Source of the DNA: Methylocystaceae bacterium
GTDB lineage: Bacteria; Bacillota; Syntrophomonadia; Syntrophomonadales; JBLNAA01
Direction of reading: 5' to 3'
NCBI GenBank assembly: GCA_050259135.1
Contig: JBLNAA010000160.1
Coordinates: forward strand, 1-55,227
Length of the DNA stretch: 55,227 bases
Shown here: positions 38,700-47,484 of the stretch, piece after piece
How positions within the stretch are numbered: the stretch's first letter is position 1
Layout: each line of letters begins with the position of its first letter
The notes under the pieces: model-generated
Told to the model about the DNA's origin: nothing
Databases searched by the model: none
Seen by the model: only the letters and a program-made list of their open reading frames with translations
Translations under genes and position numbers: made by a program

Positions 38700-41600
38700 T
38701 TAGAAGCCCCGGCATTGCCGATCTCTTTTCATCCGTTGTTCAATTTCACGGTAAACACGATCAGCAATTTTTCTTATTTCGGTAGAACTAAACTCAACAT
38801 TCCTCGCCTCGGGCAGCTGCATCATATACTCGGTATTTATCACTGGATTTTGCCTGTCCCTGTCATTGGATTTAGCCTCTGCCGGGATTGTCCTTTCCCG
38901 CCGGTAATCAAAGCTAATCCCGGTACCCAGGGTTGAGTATGATAGTGATCTTTTATCAATATCTTTGATACCACGATGTCTTATGATATCTTGATCAGCA
39001 TTTTGGAAAAGCCGACCATGGTTTTGTCTCTCAGTTTGGGAGGTCAATACCCCGTTATGTTTTCTGTTTATCCCGCTCTCTCTATTTGGGCTGGTTCTAA
39101 GGCTTGTCCGGCGTAACACCTTTTCGTTAAACCGATTACCATAAGCACCATGGTCAATCCTCGGGGAAGCCACTATATTGGCGGCTGCTGGACTAACCTG
39201 ACTGCTAAAACCAGCTGGCACATCTGACATTAGCTGCCCGGCCGATAATAATACCCGATCGATACCTGCCCGGATACCCGGAAAAGGTTCATCCTGGTTA
39301 TACTCTGCCGGTGTTTGAGACCTTAATGTAACAGGTTCCTGTATTAACGTAGTTAATATAGGTCTGCCCACACCCAAATTACAGTTGAAATCCCTGATTC
39401 CCCAGCTCCCTGAATGATTTCGCTTCAACTGTCTATGGTTAGCGGAGACCACCATTCCTTTAGGGTTTTTAGTACCTATCATTGTTGTGAGAACCGTTAT
39501 CCCCAAATTAAAGCCCGGGATTGTTTTTGGGTGCAGCAGACGTTTGGTCAGACTGCTGACTTTCCGAACAGGTTCTGCTTGACTTAAAATCAAATTATCT
39601 GCTGAATACTGGATTCCCTTCAGCGTCGATGGGGCTTCCCTCTTACCTGTATCACCAGGCATAGTACGCAATCCTACAGATAAATCCGGCAGCCAACCGG
39701 CAAGCTTCTTACCTGTTCGCTGATCCAGCATAAAGGTTTTCTTGTTGACTATTCCACACAAGTCAGACAGCGGGCGTGTCGGCCACCTGTCAACCGATGG
39801 CCTGGCTGCACTGTATCTGCCCTCAGGCAAATATGGAGAAATACTTTGGCCCTTAGTTTTCTCCTTCCGTCTAATCACCGCTGCGGTAGATTGAGAACCC
39901 GATACAGGCTGCGGGTTTCTTACCGGAACCACCCTCTGATTGAACTGGTTTGGATGATTTCTATTGCGGAAATACCAAACATTGTTAGGCCATTGTACTG
40001 TCAGCCTGGCCGGATTAACACTGGCTGAAGCTCTTGGCGACAGGGTTATACCCGATCTTTGATAAACTCTTGATCCGGGTGCACCCCTTTGATACCAGGA
40101 AGCTCTTGCCCGTTGAACTAATCCCCGTTTCTGAACAGATGCCAGTGGTATATCTATGTTTAGTTTTCGTTTATGTCCTAATTCAGGAGCTAAACTTTGT
40201 TGTTGAATATAACCATCTGACGGTTTTGTTAGATCCTGTTGGGGATAAGCCTTCGCCATCGGTTTATATTCTTGCTGATTATATATTTCTATTTCCGGTT
40301 GTCCTAAGGGCTGGTTTTTTATCCAATAAGGTTTTTTGGCCATCTTTAAATCATAAGGGACTGCTTTGGGTTCTTCGGATATATTTGCTGCGCTAACCGC
40401 CTGTGTATTAGCAAATAAGCCAATTCTTATGAGTTTATGTCTATCAGCTATAGAACCAATAGCTAATGGTATCCATAATGGGTTATGGGATTGGGCTTCA
40501 AATTGGAATACATCAGCAGCAAAAACATTTGACATAAAATTCTTCGGATACTTGGGGGCAGGGTGTATGGTCATATTCTTAACCACTGGCCGGAAAGAAG
40601 GCTGTACATTGATACCCGGCTGTTCAGCACCCTTGAATACTGGTGTACGCCGCTTCTTGGTCAAAACCCCAGCCAGTCCTTGTCCGTGCCACCGGATTCC
40701 AGCTGTAAAATTATATAACCAGGGTGCTGCAGCCGAACCTGAAAGCAAATTTTCTTTTCCCTGACTGGCTGATAGGTTGCCTGATAGTGTATTTCCATTC
40801 CTCCTGATTATTGATTGACGGATCCATTCAGTTGGCACCGTAGCCGCACCCTGATGGTCACCGTTTTTATTACGGTTAAACCCAGTGCCGCCAATTACTG
40901 CTCTTATTTCAGTCGAGGATGGTTGTCGATAGTATAGATTGGCAGGTATTACATCCGCCCCCTGCAATTTACCGGCAAGTAATTGATGAATGCTATCATT
41001 TCGGTCACGGCTGACCGACAACCCGGCAGGGGGTATATGCTTATCCAGTATAGTTACCGAATGCCTGATTATTGATGATGCCTTTCCGGTTATTAATTGT
41101 TCGGCTGCATATATACGGTCAGCTACTGACCACGGCGAAACAGGTTTTCCAGCATTGGCTCCTGGCAGAACATTTCTTAGGATGGTATCAGGCACATTCC
41201 AATTATTGAATTTATAATATTCTGCTACTGCTTGGTTATAATCGGAACTACTACTTTTTTCGGGTGTTATTATACCGGTATCTTTACCGGGTATGGCCAA
41301 TCTTTTCCGTTGTAGGGGAACCGGCTTAATGGTGATACCGTGATTTATCTTATAAGTAAAGGTTGAATCCGGTTTACTGGAATGATACCTTTCCGCGTCC
41401 GTTGCGGCAATTATTCCTGTAGTCTGGGCCCGCCGAGAAATTATCCCCAAAATACCATTACCTGCAGGTGCCAGTCCGTACCCGTTCGGTTCGCGTTGTC
41501 CCGATCTTAGTCCAAAATCTACAGGTATAATGTGGGTTGAATCAGCATCACCTGGTAATTTAACCACTGGTACCTTACGGGTATTTTTCTGCTGTAAGCG

Positions 41601-42128
41601 ATCTAAAATCCACGGTTCTGTAAGCAGGATCATCCTGTTTTCAGGCGGTAAATAAACCTGCTCGGTGGAACGATGCCCAGTGTATAAAAAAGTCTTATTA
41701 CCGGTAACGTTATGGCGTGTGGATTCGTTTAAGTAATATTTGACCGATGAATCTTTGGTATTACTAATTTTGTTTTTCTTATTTGTTGATTGTTGTTCAA
41801 ACAAAAACAGCCGCAGTGCTTTCTCCAATGAGGACGAGAAGAACTGTGCCCCCTGGCTGCCAGTTAAGAATACTGAATGACGAAAAAGCCGCCCCCCGAT
41901 TTTCTGGTGGTCAGCCCCCTTGTTTTCCAGTATCAGTTTAAGGTTAACCATTAGCGAATCAGACGCAGAATATTTATCAGCATTACTTCCCTGCCGCCAG
42001 ATAAAAGAAACCGATCGAAAAGGATATACCCCGGTCTGCAGGTATTTATTCTTGATCCGTTCGGCAAATGTCTGCTTCTGATTGCTATTATTGGTCCTTA
42101 CTATTTTTTGTTTTTGCGGCAACAGCAT
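38700..42128 (-). CDS. Large basic, probably disordered protein; tape-measure-like by position
   Basis: 1142-aa open frame between tube and LysM genes; only recognisable part is the C-terminal helix IRKIADRVYREIEQRMKRDRQCRG. Confidence 0.6.
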   Translation of the reverse strand: MLLPQKQKIVRTNNSNQKQTFAERIKNKYLQTGVYPFRSVSFIWRQGSNADKYSASDSLMVNLKLILENKGADHQKIGGRLFRHSVFLTGSQGAQFFSSSLEKALRLFLFEQQSTNKKNKISNTKDSSVKYYLNESTRHNVTGNKTFLYTGHRSTEQVYLPPENRMILLTEPWILDRLQQKNTRKVPVVKLPGDADSTHIIPVDFGLRSGQREPNGYGLAPAGNGILGIISRRAQTTGIIAATDAERYHSSKPDSTFTYKINHGITIKPVPLQRKRLAIPGKDTGIITPEKSSSSDYNQAVAEYYKFNNWNVPDTILRNVLPGANAGKPVSPWSVADRIYAAEQLITGKASSIIRHSVTILDKHIPPAGLSVSRDRNDSIHQLLAGKLQGADVIPANLYYRQPSSTEIRAVIGGTGFNRNKNGDHQGAATVPTEWIRQSIIRRNGNTLSGNLSASQGKENLLSGSAAAPWLYNFTAGIRWHGQGLAGVLTKKRRTPVFKGAEQPGINVQPSFRPVVKNMTIHPAPKYPKNFMSNVFAADVFQFEAQSHNPLWIPLAIGSIADRHKLIRIGLFANTQAVSAANISEEPKAVPYDLKMAKKPYWIKNQPLGQPEIEIYNQQEYKPMAKAYPQQDLTKPSDGYIQQQSLAPELGHKRKLNIDIPLASVQKRGLVQRARASWYQRGAPGSRVYQRSGITLSPRASASVNPARLTVQWPNNVWYFRNRNHPNQFNQRVVPVRNPQPVSGSQSTAAVIRRKEKTKGQSISPYLPEGRYSAARPSVDRWPTRPLSDLCGIVNKKTFMLDQRTGKKLAGWLPDLSVGLRTMPGDTGKREAPSTLKGIQYSADNLILSQAEPVRKVSSLTKRLLHPKTIPGFNLGITVLTTMIGTKNPKGMVVSANHRQLKRNHSGSWGIRDFNCNLGVGRPILTTLIQEPVTLRSQTPAEYNQDEPFPGIRAGIDRVLLSAGQLMSDVPAGFSSQVSPAAANIVASPRIDHGAYGNRFNEKVLRRTSLRTSPNRESGINRKHNGVLTSQTERQNHGRLFQNADQDIIRHRGIKDIDKRSLSYSTLGTGISFDYRRERTIPAEAKSNDRDRQNPVINTEYMMQLPEARNVEFSSTEIRKIADRVYREIEQRMKRDRQCRGF

Positions 42129-42182
42129 CTTAGATTCCCCCAGAGGAAGCCATGATCTGAACCAGTGTCTCAGCCGCCGCCA

Positions 42183-42632
42183 TTATGATTTTTTAACCGT
42201 TAATCCCTGATGAACAATTTCCAGGGATTCGATGGCCACCTCAATGGCATCGGCTTTTAGCTGTGGCCCCACCCATTTAACCGGATAAGACTGCAAAAAA
42301 TTCCAGCGGTACTTTTCTTTCCCACTGGCATCAAGCAGGATAATGGAACCGTTTTTACGCTGAAACTTACCCTTGATAGTCGCTTCATACCAGTTCCAGA
42401 GCTCAGAACCGTTGGTAAATCCACGTCTTAAAACCAGAGGTGGGTACTTACGTATCGTCACAAAGTGGTGTTCGTAATCATTGACCCCGCCCTCGCGGAT
42501 AACCTGATACTCCGTCTCGGCTTCCAGTCCTGAGACTTCTGAAAAATCCGCAACGAGAAGCCCATCAAGCTCAACCTTAAAGCGAAATGCTACCCCGGGG
42601 TCTTTTCCAGATCTCGACACCTTATTGGTCAC
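42183..42632 (-). CDS. Tail tube protein 2 (T4 gp19-like)
   Basis: DP..AFRFKVELDG, FSEVSGL, IREGGVN, LVLRRG, YPVKWVGP.L, IESLEIVHQG. Confidence 0.92.
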   Translation of the reverse strand: MTNKVSRSGKDPGVAFRFKVELDGLLVADFSEVSGLEAETEYQVIREGGVNDYEHHFVTIRKYPPLVLRRGFTNGSELWNWYEATIKGKFQRKNGSIILLDASGKEKYRWNFLQSYPVKWVGPQLKADAIEVAIESLEIVHQGLTVKKS

Positions 42633-42832
42633 CTCTTGTTAAAAACATCAAACATATTTTCTGGTTCATCATTGAGCTGACGATTAATACGAGAAATCTC
42701 TTCACACCAGCGACGGCGGTCACGGTGCTCCATATTCATAATTTGGTCATGGGGCCAGTGAAAGTAATAAGCTATAAAGGCAACTTCCTGCCAAATACGC
42801 TCTACCGGATAGCGTTTCATTCCACTGGTCAT
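42629..42832 (-). CDS. Small eCIS protein (DUF6760-like); probable frameshift extension of the upstream chaperone
   Basis: EVAFIAYYFHWPHDQIMNMEHRDRRRWCEEISRIN. Confidence 0.82.
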   Translation of the reverse strand: MTSGMKRYPVERIWQEVAFIAYYFHWPHDQIMNMEHRDRRRWCEEISRINRQLNDEPENMFDVFNKR

Positions 42833-43257
42833 CTGATAAAATTTACTTCCGCCTCGAACTCATGCTCACATTTGGGGCAAACCACCCTGATATTGGGGGT
42901 TTCCATCTCATTAATGCGCTGGTAGAAATCCTGTAGATAAGCCATATCGGCGGTAAACAATTTTTCAATGGTTTTAGTATCTATAGCTCTGAGATCACCC
43001 AATTTGGTAACCACCCGCGATAAAACTATAATCGAGAGATAACCCGGATTTTGCTGAACACGGGGATCGCGTAAAGGTAATACTTCATCAGCTGCTGTAG
43101 CCAGACGCATTACCCCTTTACGATGCAGGTTACCCTGTTCGTCGATATAACCTTTGGGTAATTCAAATTCAAATTCAGTTTCAAAGGACACTGTATTATC
43201 CCCCGTTCGGGCCGCCTCTTCAGCGGCTTTTTGATTTACACCTTTTTTGGCTGCCAT
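42829..43257 (-). CDS. Tail assembly chaperone-like protein with C-terminal CxxC
   Basis: TEFEFELPKGYID..G.LHRKGVMRLATAADE, DPRV..NP.Y, LFTADMAYLQDFYQRIN, CPKC. Confidence 0.82.
   Translation of the reverse strand: MAAKKGVNQKAAEEAARTGDNTVSFETEFEFELPKGYIDEQGNLHRKGVMRLATAADEVLPLRDPRVQQNPGYLSIIVLSRVVTKLGDLRAIDTKTIEKLFTADMAYLQDFYQRINEMETPNIRVVCPKCEHEFEAEVNFIR
42838..42844 (-). other. Candidate -1 programmed frameshift site A AAU UUU
   Basis: GTA AAT TTT ATC AGA TGA; the -1 frame reads TAT CAG ATG ACC into the next ORF. Confidence 0.65.
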
Positions 43258-43284
43258 TTAAATACAACTCGTTTCTGATTAGGA

Positions 43285-43320
43285 GGGAAAGGCGGATATA
43301 AATATATATCCACCTTTCTC
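43285..43320 (-). other. Stem-loop after the sheath + tube-1 genes
   Basis: Minus strand GAGAAAGGTGGATATA-tatt-TATATCCGCCTTTCCC with no following U-tract. Confidence 0.6.
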
Positions 43321-43335
43321 GCCGTAATATTTTAG

Positions 43336-43773
43336 CTATTTAGATCTAAGGAAACCTTCATAAGCCAATTCCAGAGTTTCAATCAGAACTGATGATTCAC
43401 TGGCATTGAAATTAGAAGACACGTATTTGCAGGGCCAGGCATCATAGAAAGTCCATACCGCCAATTCAGCCTGCTGATCATCAACCGCCTTTATGGTTAC
43501 ATCCTTGCGTTCAACCGTTCCGGTGTTACCTGGCTCACCCTTAAACCATTCGTAAAGTTCCATATTATCGGTTACACCCTGTTTCAGTGTAACGGTAGGA
43601 TTGTGCAGCAGACCCGGAAGCTTCCAATAACCCGCATTCATGTCGCCGCTGCGGAATTCTATAACATCGTAGGAGGCTTCGATGCCTACAACCTCCGTAA
43701 AATATGCTTCGGTAATTCCATCTATTTCGATAGAAAAGCGATAACTCCTAAAGGGATCAACGCGATCAGCCAT
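43336..43773 (-). CDS. Tail tube protein 1 (T4 gp19-like, major tube)
   Basis: DPFRSYRFSIEIDG, KLPGL, VTLKQG, AWPCKY, IETLELAYEG. Confidence 0.92.
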   Translation of the reverse strand: MADRVDPFRSYRFSIEIDGITEAYFTEVVGIEASYDVIEFRSGDMNAGYWKLPGLLHNPTVTLKQGVTDNMELYEWFKGEPGNTGTVERKDVTIKAVDDQQAELAVWTFYDAWPCKYVSSNFNASESSVLIETLELAYEGFLRSK

Positions 43774-43794
43774 TTTTTACTCTCCTTTCAACCT

Positions 43795-45522
43795 CTATTC
43801 GCTATCAGCAGTCTTTTGAGTGATTCTGAAGATGACAAACTCGGCCGGTTTGACGGGGGCAACACCGATAACACATATCAGGCGGCCATTATCAATGTCG
43901 TCCTGGGTCATGGTGGTACGGTCTACCCTGACAAAGAATGCTTCGTCCGGGGTACCGCCCATGAGTGCGCCACCTCTCCAGACACCCAGCAGGAAGCTGT
44001 AGATAGTGCGCTGAACCCTGGCCCATAGTCTCTCATCATTTGGCTCAAACACAACCCAGTTACTGCCGTTCTTAATTGACTGCTCCAGGAAGATGAACAG
44101 CCTTCTCACGTTGATGTACTTCCAAATCGCATTGGAACTGCAAGTCCGGGCACCCCAAACCCTTATTCCCTGACCAGTAAAAGAGCGGATCAAGTTAACA
44201 CCCTTGGGATTTAAGATGTCCTGTTCCCCTTTATTGTACTGGCAATCGAGTCCTACGCATGCCCGAACCACTTCATTGGCTGGTGCTTTAAATACTCCGC
44301 GGGTATTGTCTGAACGTGCATAAATACCAATGATGGAACCGGAAGGCGGAATAAATATATTACGTTTATCCAGGGGATCGAATACCTGCAGCCAGGGATG
44401 ATAGAGGGCTGCATAATCAGAGTCAAATATATTGCGGTGTTTCTGAACATCAGCTACACTTTTTAATTCCCGGGGAATATCAAGAACCGCAAAACGGCTG
44501 GTCAGGTTTTCGCAGTGAGCTACCAGAGCTAACTGGACATTGGGATCGGTCACACCGGGAACCGCCATGATGCTGACCTCATCATTATCGATAAAAGCCT
44601 TGATACCAGTGCGCTTGCCTGGACCGCGATCTTCACCCATAAAGTCAGCGGCGGAAAGAGCGCCCAAAGAACCATCGCTGCCGCCGACAAGGGCCATCCA
44701 GAATTCTTCTTCACCTGCTTTATCACCAGCGATAATATCAAAAGGAACCCCAACTGGTGCAGCCGGATTATGCTCCACTTTGATCAGAGCTGAACGGGTT
44801 AATCTCTTCTCTATATAGTTAGCTGCTGCGGCATTTAATGACAGGTTTTCATAAGTTTCCGAATCACTGCCATAAAACACCTGCATGCTGAATTCTGAGG
44901 TATAAAGCAGTTTGGTGGGAAGCAGTTGCTTATCAACAACATTTCCCTGCAGAGGATCTTCTAACTCAATGACATTATCCTGAGATTTAACCACATGGGT
45001 ATAAGATCTGCTCTTACCATTGTCAAATACGACTACATCACCGACATTAAACCCGGCGCTGTTTTTAACCCGATAAGTTTTCTCTCCAAGCACTTCCAAA
45101 ATTGGAGTTTTGGCTTTGCTGGCGGGAGTAAATAATATCCTGACTTTATCTCCCCACATACCTGGATTGCGGGCCCAAATCCTTAGAATCTGTGCATCCT
45201 GGTTTTCCTCAGTAAAATTACAGGCTGCTTTAGCATCGGGTGGAATGACCCGCATTACATAGCAGCGTGATCCGCCGTTAATAAAGAAATGTTCGACTGC
45301 ATAAGCCAGATAGCGGTAATCAGCAAAAGCATTTTCAGACAAATAACTACCAAAAATTCTTAAGAAATCGCCAAAATTGGTAACCAATTCGGGCAACCCT
45401 TCAACCGGTCCCTTCTCTGCCAGACCGAGGAACCCGGCGGTACTGGTGCTGACGCCCTCCATTGGTTTGCCACCACTTTCAAACTCCTCAACATAAACCC
45501 CTGGTGATAAATACTCCGGCAT
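43795..45522 (-). CDS. Contractile tail sheath protein
   Basis: YLSPGVYVEE, FFINGG, AALYHPW, PPSG, GVFKAPAN, VWGART, YINVRR, VFEPN, APVKPAEFVIFR. Confidence 0.96.
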   Translation of the reverse strand: MPEYLSPGVYVEEFESGGKPMEGVSTSTAGFLGLAEKGPVEGLPELVTNFGDFLRIFGSYLSENAFADYRYLAYAVEHFFINGGSRCYVMRVIPPDAKAACNFTEENQDAQILRIWARNPGMWGDKVRILFTPASKAKTPILEVLGEKTYRVKNSAGFNVGDVVVFDNGKSRSYTHVVKSQDNVIELEDPLQGNVVDKQLLPTKLLYTSEFSMQVFYGSDSETYENLSLNAAAANYIEKRLTRSALIKVEHNPAAPVGVPFDIIAGDKAGEEEFWMALVGGSDGSLGALSAADFMGEDRGPGKRTGIKAFIDNDEVSIMAVPGVTDPNVQLALVAHCENLTSRFAVLDIPRELKSVADVQKHRNIFDSDYAALYHPWLQVFDPLDKRNIFIPPSGSIIGIYARSDNTRGVFKAPANEVVRACVGLDCQYNKGEQDILNPKGVNLIRSFTGQGIRVWGARTCSSNAIWKYINVRRLFIFLEQSIKNGSNWVVFEPNDERLWARVQRTIYSFLLGVWRGGALMGGTPDEAFFVRVDRTTMTQDDIDNGRLICVIGVAPVKPAEFVIFRITQKTADSE

Positions 45523-45528
45523 TCATTT

Positions 45529-45596
45529 CCGGTTGCTGAGTTGTTACACAGTTGTCCTTACACCTGTATAACCCAGAAACCAGGCCCCTCCCTTCC
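45529..45596 (-). promoter_or_regulatory. Sheath translation initiation region: distal SD plus 55-nt intervening hairpin
   Basis: GGAAGGGAGGGG (45596-45585), hairpin 45583-45529, then AAATGA-ATG. Confidence 0.55.
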
Positions 45597-46330
45597 AAAT
45601 TAGAATGACTATACTATCAGTTAAGCTTCTAAATAGCCGTTCTGGTATACGAATCTCATTCACCAAAAACAGAAATCTTAACTGATTTTCTTATTGTAAG
45701 AATCCAGCTTATCACTGCTCTCGGCGAGTATGCAGATAATCAGAGCGGAGTTAACATGTCCTAAAACTGCTGTCAACTCACCTCCTTAAATCTACTTGCT
45801 CCGGTGGTCTGGCAAATTCAGAAGCTTTACTCCCCAGTTACGAAATATATATAAATGTATATTAATAACTCCGGTTAACAATTAGTTAAATTATTAAGTT
45901 AAATGAATGATGAGACATTACTTTAACCAAAAGGTCGTCGATAATCATGTAAAACAGTTTATCGCAAATTATGGCCCTTTCCATAAATCAAGGCCCGCCT
46001 CCATCCATATATATGGAGTATTGATTATTACCGCCCTCTACAGCAGAATATATGCCCGTTACTCATCAATTAATCTTAATACCCTATAATTTTTATAAAT
46101 GGTATTATCTGTACCACTTTTTCTTGTATGTTATCACATATATTGTTAGATTGAATATATTAAAGAATATCTAAATTCGTGTATTTCTATGGAAGATTCT
46201 CCTATAAAGAAATTTACTTCTTTAATTTTGTATTAGAATCAACACAGTAATTCATAAATTGTTATTAATAAATATTCACCTCGGAAGATACAGCCTTAAA
46301 CTGATTATCTTTGCTCTCAAAGGAGTTCAT

Positions 46331-47425
46331 ATGCGTATAAGATGGATAGATATGATTCTGCTGGCTGCACTGGTACTTGTGGTTAACGCTCCGCTGTCAG
46401 GATGCTTAAACCGCGTAAGCAGCAACAGAGATATTAAAGTGATGATTCCTTCAACCTCAATTGTCTTTGCTGATGCCGAGTGGGAAAGCATAAAGATGCA
46501 TAGTCGGATTGCTGGATATATCATTGAGCATGGTTATGGTTATACTCCCAGGTATTTAACTGGAGAAAACCTGCCGCTTTTTAAAGCCCTCAATCAGGGT
46601 GATGTTGATATTATGATGGAAGTCTGGACGCTGGATTACCCAGTATTATGGAAGCAATTATTGAAGGACGGTAAAGTAAAGGCTTTGGCCACTAATTATA
46701 TCGGCACTCAGGGCTGGTACATTCCTGCTTACCTGGCAGAAGGAGATAAAGAACGCGGAATCGAACCGCAGATACCTAATATTAAAAGCGTTTTCGATCT
46801 GCCAGCTTATCAAAAGTATTTCAAATTATCCGCATCCAGCAGCATGGGAATCATTTATAACGCCCCTCGGGGTTGGCCAGCTGAAGAAACTAATAAGAAA
46901 AAGTTTAATAATTATTTTCTCTTTACATCATTTACCCTGCTGCCCGGTGATTCTGAAGCCGCCTTGGCCGCAAGCCTGGATAAGGCTTATGCCCGGGGAA
47001 ATGCCTGGCTTGGTTATGCTCGTGACCCCAGTATGGTAACTGCCGGCCATAAAATGCTGATGCTCCGCGAGGAGCCTTATAATGAAGAAATCTGGAATGC
47101 TGACCGAATGTGCGCCTACCCGGATTGCGACGTGGTTATCGCAGCGAACTCCGGCATGAATAAGAAAGCCCCGGAAGTTTTAGATTTTCTGCAAAATTAC
47201 CAAACGACCCGGAATCAAAATGAGGAAATACTCCTCTGTTTAAATAAAGCCAACGGTAACCGGGAACAAGCTGCCCGTGAATGGTTATTGAAAAACCCCG
47301 ACGTGTGGGGGCAGTGGGTACCTGAAGCTATTGCCAAAAAAGTCTGGGCTGACCTTAACCCGGCACCGGTTAATAAAAAACCTGGTTTATCCCAAAGGCT
47401 GCTTAAACTATTTAAAATCAAATAG
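46331..47425 (+). CDS. Glycine betaine/choline-type substrate-binding lipoprotein (ProX/OpuAC-like), orphan
   Basis: Lipobox LSGC, FADAEWES, IIEHGYGY, GDVDIMMEVW, QGWYIP; ATG 46331 follows AAAGGAG. Confidence 0.85.
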   Translation: MRIRWIDMILLAALVLVVNAPLSGCLNRVSSNRDIKVMIPSTSIVFADAEWESIKMHSRIAGYIIEHGYGYTPRYLTGENLPLFKALNQGDVDIMMEVWTLDYPVLWKQLLKDGKVKALATNYIGTQGWYIPAYLAEGDKERGIEPQIPNIKSVFDLPAYQKYFKLSASSSMGIIYNAPRGWPAEETNKKKFNNYFLFTSFTLLPGDSEAALAASLDKAYARGNAWLGYARDPSMVTAGHKMLMLREEPYNEEIWNADRMCAYPDCDVVIAANSGMNKKAPEVLDFLQNYQTTRNQNEEILLCLNKANGNREQAAREWLLKNPDVWGQWVPEAIAKKVWADLNPAPVNKKPGLSQRLLKLFKIK

Positions 47426-47484
47426 TTCTTGATAGCTCCAATTATAGGAATTTAGGTACTTTCTCATTTGTATTAGGGGAAAGC

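Noticed and set aside
26635-45522. Prophage
   Set aside because: Only tail genes; no capsid, portal, terminase, integrase, replication or lysis genes, while eCIS markers (AAA ATPase, Pvc16-like, DUF4157) are present
45907-46089. 60-aa ORF in the divergent region
   Set aside because: No SD and no recognisable features; likely chance
45600-46258. c-di-GMP or c-di-AMP riboswitch, or sporulation-sigma promoter, in the eCIS divergent region
   Set aside because: No convincing consensus by eye; only short palindromes such as TCCATATATATGGA in AT-rich DNA
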